Source: Yuukianura sp. NJ FZ-2021 (lineage: Eukaryota). From it: a stretch of 64,000 bases of DNA. The notes under the pieces are model-generated. The model was given only the letters and a program-made list of their open reading frames with translations. It did no database searches and was not told the DNA's origin. Location of the stretch: contig CM102288.1 in NCBI GenBank assembly GCA_046563655.1, positions 744,001-808,000 on the forward strand. The letters are read 5' to 3'. The translations under genes and the position numbers were made by a program. This document shows positions 51,626-64,000 of the stretch, piece by piece (position 1 is the stretch's first letter; each line of letters opens with the position of its first letter).

Positions 51626-54600
51626 AACATCTAAAAACTGGGACGCATGAACCAGGGAGGAACGATTTGTGAACCAAAAGCGGTGGAGGAACAGAAACTT
51701 TTTTTCGGAATCCATTTTCCTGCAGAACTTGTTGCTTACGAGTTCAGAAGAATAATTAAACTTTAATTTAAATTCTAAACCAAGGAATTTATTATGTTTC
51801 ACACACACTCTATCTTTCTCCAATTCGGAATTGATGAAAATCAATTAATCTTTACTAAAAATGGTCGTGGAAATTATTTTGTACATAAACTTTCTCAGAG
51901 TAACTCGTTTTCTTCTGGTCTCGTTATGTTCAAAATTCAGCTGAAATTCCTGATCCTCTTCCTAAACTTCTTTGTTTATGAACTTTAAGTTAACATCAAT
52001 AACCTTTGTTTTCAAATGTTAAACTGTACCATTGTAACATTTCTGGAACCGTTGAGCATTCAGTTGTGAAATTTTTGAATTTTGAAAATGATTTTAAGAA
52101 GGTTGAAAGGTCAAAGGAAAGAAGATGTTTGGTTTTTCCAAAGGATGGCTAAAATGCATTTTGATAATTTGAGCTAAACTATGTGTTAAACTAAAGTTGT
52201 CCTGGTTTTTAAAACAAATGTGTTTAAAAAATGAAAGCTGGATATTTGGAGCAAAACTTTATATCTTTTAAAATAAAAGTGTTATTACAAACTAATTGTC
52301 TAAATAATGCTTCATATCCGGAAACAATAAAGAGAACGATTTATATTTCAAAACTAATTAAGTTAAAAAGTGGAAAGAAACGATCATTTTAAAAATATTC
52401 TTCGGTTGAAGTAAGGTTAAGGTGAATTTTCGTTCCGCGTTGGACATGGAACTAAAAATTTTTGAATTCCGCAGATCGCAATAATACTGACATTAATAAA
52501 TTTTAAAATTTGGAGAAAGTTTTAATAAATTTAAGTAACTAAGTAAATTTTTGAAAAAAGGAAGCCGCAGGTAAAATTCGTTTCAACATTTTTTATTTAG
52601 CAATTAATGGAATTAGAGACTAACAAGTGATTTTATACAGGTAAGAGTAGTATTTAGTATTATTGTTAGTAACTCCTTTTCTAACATTTTCTAAAAATGG
52701 GAATTCTGACACAATTAAAACTACAATTAAAATTGTTAAATTTAAAATTGGTTTTTGAATACTTACACAAAGCATTTTCTGCCTTTTACGAGAACAAGGA
52801 CGACAAGAAAAGAACCCCAACACCGTCTTAAAACTTTTGCCTAACTTTTAACATTTTTTTTGTACAATTTTCGTTTTTTTTTCTTCCTCTTCATTATTTC
52901 TTAATACTCGTATTATAATATTTCTATTATTTCTATAAGTCTAAAAATCCTCACTAACTATAATGTGACTAAACATGACAAACTGAAAATTCATCGTGTT
53001 GTAACACTAACAATGAAAGTGTATGTTTTTACGTCTATTTTTAAGAGCTTCTTCTGATATACTTTCTTTTCCACTTTTCACCTAAACTTTTAATTTTATA
53101 CACAGAAAGTGTTGAATTCCTTGTACTTTTATAAGCAACATGACACACTAGAGTAGGGTATTTTTTCGTGTTTAGGTTTAAAAGGTCATTAGGTCATCTC
53201 ACAGCATTTCAATCAAGTCAAACGCTCACTTCTTTTAAAGTATTTTTAATGCTTTCACTTTTTTAACACCTTCAATCTTTCACAACAACAGGATCAAAAG
53301 GATGATGCGCAAACAGGGTGATAGACTAAACTAAAAGGCTTTTCTAAATACTTTTTTTAGTTTCTGCGCAGCTACATGAAACAAAGGGACGATTTTTTGC
53401 GCAATTCATCTCTATGTTCACAGGAAACAGAAGATTTTTTAAAGCCCTTGAGTTTGAGATTAATCAAATGCTTTTAGTACACACAGTTTTTTTTTCGTTC
53501 AATCAATCAAACGCACTGTGACGTTGATTGATTACTGAACTTCGTCCCTGCTTTTTAGATTAGGTTTTTAGCCTAACCTGAACCTAATGTAGTTACCCTG
53601 GCTTTGACCCTTGCCCTTTTGACCCTAAACTCTAAAGCTGTACTCTTCTTCTCTTCATCTACTTTTTAGCAGAAAAGATTCAGTTTTTAGCTAAAAATTT
53701 CCAATTTTTAGCATTTTAGCAAAACTTTCCTCTAAAAAGACAATCCGTCCACTTTTTTTCTTTTTAAAGTTTTTGATTTTTTTTAATAAAACGAACTTAA
53801 TTTTCTATAAAATCCCATATTTTTTTTCTTAAATCTAACTTTTAAACTTTGTACAGGCACAAGTCTTACACTAAAGATCATGTTTTTTTGAGTAGAATGA
53901 TTGACTTTTTGATTCCATACTGTTTTTAGATGCATTTTCTCAAGCTACTATCTTCACTCAGTTCTAAAACCAGGAAGTTCAGTTTTTCATAGTTTAGCCT
54001 CTTCTGTCCCATTGTCGACACATATTTTTTTTCAAAATTTTCTTTCTTTTGGAAAAGAAAAAAGTTTTCGATTTTTTTCAGAGTACTTTTTAACAATAAT
54101 GAATCACACCATTATTTTGTCCAACTCTCGATCATCTCCTTTCAAATTCCGTATCTCAAAATTTCAATTTCCAATATTTGCTAAATATTTTTCCTTTTCC
54201 ATTTTTTGGCAATTCCATGGCTATTCCCCAACTAAAAAGGCCAGGCACCTTGCATGTACATTGACCTTTGACCTTGACCTCTTCAGCAGACGCGCTAAAA
54301 AGTCAAGTTAACTTTTTATAGTGACTTGGACGAAAGGAGGTCATTGACTTTTTGCTTAAGTGAGGACCAAAGTCAATTTTCTTTCCGGAAGCGCCGACTG
54401 TAGCGCCCCCTTGGAGGCACAGGGTTCAATAATTTCCTAAATCTATTCCTGATTCCTAAATTCCTTAACATTAGACATGGCAACAATATGTCAAAAGAGG
54501 TCATCATATTCAGTGCGCATTAAAACTGAAAGTATTTTAGTTTTTAGTCACTCACAAGTTGTACTTAAGGGATGAAGCCCAAGGATCAAGGGCTCTTGGG

Positions 54601-56243
54601 TCTGATATTTTTAAGAATAGGATTTCACCACAAATCGTTTTAGTCGATGAGAGCATTGAGGTTTGATTTTTTCAGTATTTGACGGCCATTGTTTTGGTAT
54701 ACTTACACAAGTCTCACAGTGCCGGAGAAAGAACACTGGAAAGTTCGTTTTTTTCGAAATTCGAAATTTAGCACTCTTTACCACTTCCATTGCTTTGGGT
54801 TTAATGTTAAAGTTAACATTTTTGACGTAACCTTTGACATTAAGCTTGAACTACAACTGTTTTAAGGTGATTGTTTGGACACACACTAAAATGCTTTGAA
54901 TTTTAGTTGTATTAAAGACAGTTTTTTAGGCCGCATTAGCATTAATTGGTTTTCAAATTCAAACTACTTTTCAAAATTTTGTATTTTTCAAAACTAAACG
55001 ATTTTTGCTAAGGTAGTAGAAGGCTCATGTGCTTCGCTCTCATTCTTACACCAACCAAACCTTATAACAGACCTAATGTTAAAATTTAGTTATTGTTATA
55101 TCACACTTAATCTGGGCAACTGTGTCAAAGGTCAGAAAACTTATGCATAATCAACACTCTTAAAAATAATAATTTTTAAGTCTATTCGTTAAACTTTTTA
55201 AAGTGAAACAATCTTGGCAGAGAGATGATTAGAGGCATATGTGTGTATGTGTGGATCTCATCTAGAAAGCGTAATGGCTGACATGACCTAAACCGTGACC
55301 TCTGCTGTTGATATTTTTATCTTTTGGGATAAGTGAGAGACTTCTGGTAGTTATACTAATTTGAATTATTGCGTTTTGTTGACATGATTTAGCTTAAAAG
55401 TTAACTTTAACTAACGTTTTAGGTGTGCCTGTTTTAGAAGTTTGAGGTTTTTGAAGGAAGTGAAAGTGATCCAGGGAGAAAGTTCTTGTTTGTTTAAAAA
55501 TAAACTCACAATTCTTTTTTTCAAAGTCACAATTGTCACAAATTGAGTTTTCTTGGTTTGGTTTAATTTTTAAGTTTACTTGCGATCATCACTTGAAAAA
55601 ATCATTCTCCAATCATAAAATCTTAATCTCAATTAATCATTAATTATGGAAAAGAATTATGATTGGACGCACACGGTATTAAGTTTTAAGTTTTGTCACA
55701 TTTTTGTCGTTTTACGTAAACAAATCGTAGGATTGCGCGCGGTTTTTTGTTTCTCTCGCCTGAAAATGATCAGTCTGAGCGAAATCACGTTCACTACTCC
55801 GTTATTTGTTTTCTTTCAAGGAATATTTAATAATGCAACAAAAAACAAATTACAAAGCGTAAATTTGACTTTTGACCTTCGTGACCTTTTGTGTTACAAA
55901 TCTCGATTTTTGACTAACTTTTGTCACAACCTGATTCAAAATTCTTATTTCATTGCACAAAACTTCGATTGGAACGAAATAGTTTTTTACGGGTCACGGA
56001 TGAGCACAACTGTGAAAGTCAAAGGATGACCTTTGACCTTTAAATTCTGGCCGTCTAATGAGAATTTTGTAGTTGACATGAGACACTGACCTTTTAGTAA
56101 GTTTTTAAATGTCTAAACTTTTGATATTTAGGGACCGGAAGTTCACTTGATGTTGAATTGATGAAAAACTGTTATTCGTCGTCATTTGAGTTTCGATTTG
56201 GAATGGAATTTTTAAAAAGGCCAACAAGGATTTGATATGCGTG

Positions 56244-56472
56244 CCGTAAATTACGTACTGCCGTAAACCGTAAAAACCCGTCGTAAAAACGCCATAGGCC
56301 GTTACGTCCTTACACAATTTTACGTCAAAATCCGCCACGCCCCTTTTTACGTCATTTCCCCAACTACGACTAGTCGCAAACTTACGCTCCGCCAACCAGA
56401 TGTGTCCCTACACTTTTTACGTCCTGACACCATTTACGCTCCACCGTAAAACGTAAATACGTAAAATTCCTG
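56244..56472. repeat. Cluster of CGTAAA/TTTACG motifs (possible degenerate MITE)
   Basis: About a dozen CGTAA/TTACG motifs in both orientations in a locally GC-richer 230-bp patch. No clean TIR or TSD. Confidence 0.45.
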
Positions 56473-59400
56473 ACCTTGACCTTTGACATTTCCCTCTTGA
56501 CCTCTGACAGGAATGCTATGCTGAAATTGCTTCAATGAGAAAAACAAAAACAAACTTGGAAAAATTGACTATTAAAGCAGGAAGACAGTTAATTTTTTTA
56601 GCATTCTGAGTATATAAATTAATAATATTAAAAATCACGCTTCGGTCTAAAGCACGTCTTCTCTCAACCGAACAGAGGAGAACAGTAAGAAAAATCACAA
56701 TGAATATTGGCTACATCATGTCAAAAAGGAATTTTTAGGTTGAAGTGGAGAGACTATAATTTGTGGCAGAGATATTCTCACTCGACTAATGTTAATTAAT
56801 GAACCTAATTAATTAATAATGAGAAATTGAAGCACACTACGCGGTATTAATCTTAATACAGTATTGTTTGTTTACGCAATGAGGTACACAAGTAGTTTAA
56901 TTCAATTGGTTTTTTAGAACACACTTTCTGCCGCCTCTCTTGTCATTATTGCAACCATTCGATTCTTTCCAGTTTTGGAAAAATTTTCCAGATTTTTACG
57001 AATTTTTCCAAAATGAACATTTTTGTAACAAGGGAAAGGCTTTGTGTTTTCCAAATTAAAAAATTTCCAAAACATGAAAATTTTTAGATTTGGAAGTGAA
57101 AGGCGATTATAGTGAAAGGAGAGAAGCTTTTCATATCCAGCAGTGTTTTAGTTAACTTGTCATCTTTTGTCCCGGGTATTTTAGGTAACGTAATTAGCCT
57201 TAAAATCCTATTGTACTTTTGTCCATTTTTGAATCCGTGACCTTTGACCTGACCTTTGACATTCTGACTATCATGAAAGATATTCATGGCAGGAGTTAAC
57301 CACAATGAAAAACGTTTACTGTTCTGTGGAGCATTCAACCAGTCTTTAAACCTGTCTACACAAATGACCTTGACTTGACCTCTTCCCTGACCTTGACTTT
57401 TCGCCTCATTCCCCTCAATTCAAATTCTAAATGTGATTCGTTCTCAATGGAAGTCCAGGACTTTAGTTTCATGAGCATGGCAAAATGGTAAAATTGTCGG
57501 GAATTCCAAAAAAGGAAAAGAAGCTGCCAATTTCAAAAAATTTAAAACAAGGAGATTTCAAAATTTAAAAAGAGACGGGGCTCTAAAATTGTTAAAATTA
57601 AGATCACAGTTAATGGTATTTACTGAAATGAACAACAAAAGGAAATGCATTTTTGATATTTGCCAAAAAATTATTTTTTGGCTCAATGATAATGTATGGA
57701 ACTGAACGTTTTTAGGCTTCTGGGGGTCCAGAAAGAGAGCAAAATTCATTTAGTACGAATCCCATGTTTTATCCTTATAATTACAAAGCACCAAAAGTAT
57801 TTCTGAAAATTCAAAGCTAAAATTAACTAATTTAATTGTAAAACCAGATTAAAACTTAAATTCTAAACCACATGCAAGATCAATAAGAAAGTCAAATTCC
57901 GTTGTATCTTTTTTACGTTTGTCTGTTCCGGGTTTCTTTTTGGCAAGATTGTTAATGAAAGTGGTAAATCAAATTATAACGAGGTTTTCATTTTGTTGAA
58001 AGGAAAAATTCTTACAAAAAAATCCTGTTTTGACAAATTCTCATTAAAGTTTTCCACATTCACAACTTTTAACTGGGACTGGGAGGAACTGCATAAGGTA
58101 AATTGTCCAAACTGAATTTTTGCTGAAACAGAAAAACTTCAATTTGTAAAGTTGGAAAACTGTCGCAACGTCTTGAATTTTATGAGATTGTTTTTGCTTT
58201 TGAAAATCAATTTTGACTCAATTTTTGAATGACACTCTTTTGTAAATCACAGTCCTTTGAAAAGTTGTTGGTTTCTTCAAAAAGACAAACAGGATTCTAA
58301 AAACCGAAAACGACGCAAAAAAAGTTAAGCATTTGCAGAATTTCAAGGCGTCAAGAAGTTTTTGTACTCCAAAGGAAGATTTATATCCGATCGAATTGAA
58401 ACGAAAGACAAAAAAAAATTGCACAAGTGCCAAAATTTGAAACTATTCAAAATATACCAAAGCTCGACATGATCTTGCCCTTTACCCCTTCCCTGTAAGT
58501 CAATTTGGTAAATTTCAAAATTTTCAACTCACATATGGATACAGACTTGAAATTTTTCAAAATTTCAGTTTCTCTTTTTCGGAAAATTCGTTGCAGCGTC
58601 GAAAGCGTTTTCTATCAATAACGTGTCTCTGGACTCTTACTGGAAATCTCTCACCTCATTCAGTTACTGAACGATTTAAGTCTTATGGCCTACACTAGTT
58701 TAAAAATCAGTCCCATACTTTTAAAATTGACTTTTTTAGGAGATTAAACTTTTTTGAATGATATCTGAATTGAAAATGCCAACAAAGTCTGAAAGGGAAC
58801 ATCTTGTCACAAATATAAATTTTCCGTATTCAAAAAACAAAAAATCCAAAATAAACTTTGAAATTTCTAGAAAACAGTTCAAGAATTTTTGTTCTTTAGG
58901 CATTTAAGACAGGACTGGATCAATTTCTGTGTATTTTAAGCTTGTAATTAAATTACTCACAACAATTTGACATTGCATCTTCCTAAGCCACGTCACTTTC
59001 ACAATTAGGTTTTGAGTTTTTTAGATTCAAGATCCACAGTTTTAGAACGGTTCAATTTTTTACTACGAAAAATTTCTAAAAATCCATTTTCAACTTTAAA
59101 TTTAAAACTGACTCGAAAAAACAGCGTATTATCCTGGTCCACGTCTGAAACCAAATTTTTCCCATTTTGAAATTTGCCAAATTTGATTTGGGTAGAATAA
59201 ATCAAAATTTGGCAAATTTTACTCCCACACCAGTACTGCGTACCACTAACTTTTGAGCAAATCCGGGTTCCTGCCAAATCTAAAAAAAAACGTTCCGGGT
59301 TTTGAAAATTAGACGTTTCTCAACAACCTCGATATCTCAAAATTATCCTAACCAATTTTTATCCTAAACTTAATTATGGACCTTAAACACTTTAATTTTG

Positions 59401-61544
59401 ATTATTAGATCACACAATTTAGTGTTTTGGATAATATGACTCGAAACAAAAAAAAATCAGATTTTCAGAAAACAGAAAAACGAAACACAAAATGGGATGA
59501 TACAGAAGACGAATTCAATAAATTTTTAGAGTGCATTTGCAATGGCGGAAAAAGAAATGCGACTAAATTTTGTTCCTGGAACTTCCCCTTCTTAATTTTG
59601 ATGAACTTTTAATTAACTTTTGTTTTTTAAAAGTTGGCAAACGTAAGAAGACATTTTTTAGTCATTTTAGCCACTTTTGTCACTGTCAAGTTCTAAAAAT
59701 AAAAGTACTTTCAACATTTTGGTTCCATTTTGTGTTTTTTCATTCTTCTGAGATTGAAAAAGAAAAAAACAACACACTTGTACTTCCGGTTTTTAGTCAA
59801 ATGCGCGTTTTTTGGAACTTCGCGCCCCTTATCCACCATTTTAATCCCATCAAAATTCCTCCCAAAATTTCAAACCCTGATTTTGAATAGCCGCTTTAAA
59901 TAAAAAAACGCTTTTCATCCTTACTTTAACTCTGAGCAAAAACAGGTTTTGGATTTTTCGAAATTAAAATGATGCATTTCCGACCACTTTTTCAGTTAAA
60001 AACGACGTTAAATTGTGCTGACAAAATTGCGACAAACGCGATTCCCTCTCTTTTGTATTATTTCGTAAGGCTTTTGATTGTAATCGTTAAACGTAATACC
60101 TTTCAAAGTCTCTCTAAAAATGATCTAGATTATTTAAGTAGAATTTGCAATGAACATTTTTTCTTCGCCATTTAATGGCCTTTCTGAAACTCCCGAAAAC
60201 AAAAATAGTAGTAATTTTTCCACCGATTTTTTTAGTCGTAGAGAAAGTCATGAGTTCAAAAAAAGTTTATGATTTGTAAAACCCTAAACTTTTTGCTGGA
60301 AGGACAATGACCACAAGAGGAGATGAGGCTCGACATTCACTTTACACCGTCAACAAATTGCTGACCTTTGACCTTTACCTTACCAAAATCCTAAAAACCT
60401 AAACTTAAATCCTAAATATTGTAGCAACCAGCTTTCATTTTGATAGGAATATTTACGAATGCCAAAAAGAACAAAGAAAATCAGTTCCAAATTTTCCTTC
60501 ACAAAATCAAACCACACTTTTTCTTCTTCTCTTTTATCTGAGATCATTTAAGAAACCAAAAACAAACAAAAAAAAATCAGAATTTAGTCAGTTTTAAAAA
60601 GGTACTAGAGCACTTTGGAAAGAACAAAAAAGTGAGCTAAAATGTAAATTGGTAAAAGTTTTTAAGAGACTCAAATGATGGTATTGCTCAAAATACTACC
60701 CTCGTTTCAACTTTTCCAAAATTCAAGACAAATTTAAAATCCAAAAACCACAACAAAACTTGTCTATTTTGAAAGAAAATTCCACAGGGTAGTATTTTTT
60801 AAATAGCAAGTTCAATCTTTTTAGCACTTTCAATTAATTATTGACTGGTATTGGTTGAAACCTTAATTATTAAATTGCCTTAATAATAATAATTCTTTTA
60901 AAGACGGAGATACATCCATCACACGTACTTAATCACTATAAAGCATTCAAACAGGACGCAGATGAGGAGGTTGCCCTTGCCCTTAAAATAAGTAATAACT
61001 TGATTATCCCTATTACACTTAAAGTTAAATAATAATTAGTTATTATTTGGTTTCCTAATCCCATTTTTTGCTTTTTCTTAGGACATGAGAACAGGAAGTC
61101 AAAAATAAAATCCTAAAATCCTATAAGTTATCCCAGTTGAGTTTAAAATTATGTTGTAAGTGTGTCTTGGTCTTAAGCTTTTCTCTCTTTGGAGTTCTTA
61201 ATTTAAGGAGAGGAAATGAGGTTAGTTGTCTAAAAATTAATAATTATGTATACTGAAAAGTTGTTTTTAAACAGACTGGGTTGATATAATTACGTTTTTT
61301 GGTGCGTGTACTATATGTCCCTTTGTAATTAACTTTTTAAATGCTGAGGAGTAGATGAAAGCCTATGATTTTTGCTTTGATCCTGTCTCGTCTCAGAGAC
61401 GGAAGAGAAGCACACACGATTGAGAACAACTTAAAAATGGTGTTTTTTAAAACTAAGTCTTCCTGGGTTCTGTCTAGAAGTTGAAGTTCTAGAAAATGGA
61501 AATACTCTCCAGTATTTTAGGCGCAACTCACCACCCAGAGGCCT

Positions 61545-63926
61545 TTAACTGTCCAAATTGAGATCTCCGGGCAGGAGATTGTTGAGAGACGAGGGGGTGG
61601 AACGGTCTGGAGCGTCAGAAGTGGAAGTCCATGGACTGTTCCAGAGCGGACTGTTATCACGGTGCTCAAGGTCCCCCCATTGTCCACTCCCTTTGCTTCC
61701 GTTCCTAAAACAAACAAGTCCACAACCATTAGCCAACAACGCTTTGATCTAATTTTCATCATTTTACTTTTTGATTTAAACTACTGTTTTAAATTACCTT
61801 GTCACGCCCCAAGGATTCTCACTTCCAGCCTTGTTTCCTGATCCATATCCTACAAAAACACAAAAACTGTCATTTTGCACACCTTTTAGGAGGATTACTG
61901 GATAAAATGTGGTTGGTCGGTTACCAACTAATGTTAAATTGTGTCTGATATGTTGATGCATGACTGCTTGTAGACAGTGACATCTTGTCGTGTGGCTGTC
62001 TCTTACTTACCAGAATTATTTGACGAGGATTGAGCTGCTGCTCCGCCATTAAGTCCCTGCATCAGGGTGAAAACGTCAGTCTCACTGGCTGCAAGTGGAA
62101 AGAAAAAGTTGAGATGAAACTATTGCTGAAAATGCTGTTTTTTTAAACTTTTGAAATCTTTTCAATCAATGACTTCCTCAAGTCGTATGACACACTTACC
62201 AGTTTCCGCCAATATCGTCGTATTCCCAAGAACACAATTGTTCAAAGCATTTTGAGCCTGCACGTACATCAAGACACAGTTAAAACATCAACTTTTGCAA
62301 ACTTCAATTGTTACATAATACACAAAAAAAGTACACTTTTGAAAGATAAAAATGGTTTTCATCTCTTACAGTTTGCGTCACTTGGGTCGAATACTTGACT
62401 AGGGCAATTCCGTGGTTCAAATACAAATGGAATTTCGTCTAAAACAGCAAAACCGCATTAAAAACCATTAAAAACAAGTCCCACATTTTAAATTTCCTAA
62501 GTAAATCTAAAAATCCAGTCTTACCAGAGGTCCATGTTGTTGACAGAGAGTCTTGAGAGTTGAGCCATCAATTTGCGGCGTCAAATTTCTAAGTAGGAGC
62601 CAGTAATGGCCATTTCCAGGGTTAGAGCCCCACGAGGCAGAGCCTTGCTGCTGCTGCTGTGCATTATTACGATACGTATTGAAGGAAGGGTTTTGCTGCT
62701 GCTGACTGCCAGAGAAGTTGCCAGCATTGGAAGTATTTCCTGAAGTACTTTTCTGTGGTAATCCCATGCCTGGTGGCGGACGGTTGGCCCCACCTTGACC
62801 CACGGACGAGTACTCCCATGGATCTCTCTGTCTCACACCCCCCATATCATCTCCCCAAGACTTTGTCGAGTTTAGCTTGGCCATTGAGCTGCAAATTCAA
62901 ACCCAAACACATCAATTCCCAATTCATGCAACTTTCCACTATCTCCTTACTTTGCCATGGTAGTTGAGCTTCCAGCAGGAGTGAAACTCCAAGTGTTGGA
63001 GCTGAGGCTGAGAGGAGTTGAGAGCGTATCGGCAGCCGAAGCGGTTGGTTGTGCCTGTTTATTGAAAATCTCTGAGGCATCCTTAATAGCGGCAAGACTT
63101 AGTGGTGAGCGAACCACCTAAAGTAAAGAATTCATTTCAAACCTTGTTTTCAAACAGAATAACTAAAAAGCGTACCGATCCAGGCGTGAGAGTGGGATCA
63201 TCCTCAACTGACTTGAGTATTGAGTTGCCCTTCCACGGTTTCCCTGGCTCAAACTCAGGAACTAAATCCCCAAAGGAACCAAAGTCATTGGCTCCAAGTT
63301 GTACCTTGTTGCCTGAATCATCACTTGTGTTTGTATTAGAAGAGTCTGTAGGCCAACCATCACCGCCAGTTCGTTGAACACCCGTAGACCAAGTACTGTT
63401 ACACATCAAAACAACCATTTTAAATCCAGCATCAACATTCCACAAATGTTTTCTAAAAATCCGAGCTTACTTATCGGACTGTCCAAGAATCAAGCTCGAA
63501 TTATTTTTAAGAAGACCTCCAGAAGCGTTATTTGTCTGTGGGCCTGGTGCACGGCTAAAGTCTGATCCTAAATATGAAAACACAAGATTAATTGAGTGTT
63601 TTTCAATTAATCAAACTAATTTTTTACTTACCGAGATCATCCTTCTCGAGTGAAGGCACTCTGGTCCACTGCGTCAGTCTTGATGTTTGTTGATGTGAGA
63701 CAGGGCCATCCTTGAGACCAAAATCTTGTCCAAAGTTGCTCTGGAGAGAGAGCATGGGATCCATCACATTGGAACTCGCGTTGTTCACGGACATGACAGG
63801 AGCGTTTTTGGTGAAAAAGTCGTTGTTCCCCTGCTGATTTCCAACCGAGGCTGCCAAACGGTGTTGCTGATGCTGCTGCTGCTGCTGTTCCTTGGCGTGC
63901 ATCGCTTGTTGAGCTGAGATTTGATT
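61545..63926 (-). CDS. gw: GW182/Gawky (TNRC6) silencing-domain half; 5' part lies beyond the window
   Basis: Exons 63926-63632, 63567-63471, 63395-63176, 63117-62951, 62888-62525, 62438-62370, 62257-62200, 62088-62011, 61849-61798, 61704-61545. Q-rich region, SRLTQW, PAM2 [51 protein letters not shown]...[15 protein letters not shown]-terminal LLPGDL. Confidence 0.96.
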
Positions 63927-64000
63927 CTACAAAAACACACAAAATTAACACTTTTCACACATTAACTTTTACATTGTCCTTACATGAAGATTATTGATCA

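Noticed and set aside
46258..51844. Antisense ORFs over the ZP and eRF3 exons
   Set aside because: Shadow ORFs of well-supported coding exons.
52000..61500. Many 60-130 aa ORFs between eRF3 and GW182 (likewise across 8-34 kb)
   Set aside because: Phe/Lys/Leu-rich translations of AT-rich noncoding DNA, often with TTG or GTG starts and no coherent splice structure.

Overview
Eukaryotic, AT-rich, intron-containing DNA, most consistent with an arthropod. The very short 55-90 nt introns, a highly divergent ionotropic receptor and sugar-receptor-like GRs suggest a basal hexapod such as a springtail, but this is inference only. I assembled gene models by hand from GT-AG sites and reading-frame phase. 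In order they are: a small secreted precursor with a tandemly duplicated 3' half (0.6-1.2 kb), a divergent ionotropic receptor (3.1-6.0 kb), tRNA-Phe(GAA), a small orphan gene (7.5-7.9 kb), a multi-pass membrane protein on the minus strand (15.5-23.1 kb), a MORN5-like gene with a long N-terminal extension (34.6-38.0 kb), two tandem gustatory receptors (38.2-42.4 kb, minus), a ZP-domain protein (44.2-48.1 kb), eRF3 (49.4-51.6 kb) and the 3' part of GW182/gawky (61.5-64 kb, minus). At least five non-autonomous DNA-transposon elements (MITEs) are present. The most notable unexplained signals are: (i) a putative furin-released HLRP[MI]WYxxP peptide encoded twice; (ii) nine perfect AGGTCAAAGGTCA motifs with strong sense-strand bias; (iii) about 9 kb with no minus-strand AATAAA behind GW182, suggesting a giant 3'UTR; (iv) a MITE carrying an RFX X-box-like site upstream of the IR. 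No database search was possible, so family calls rest on recalled motifs.
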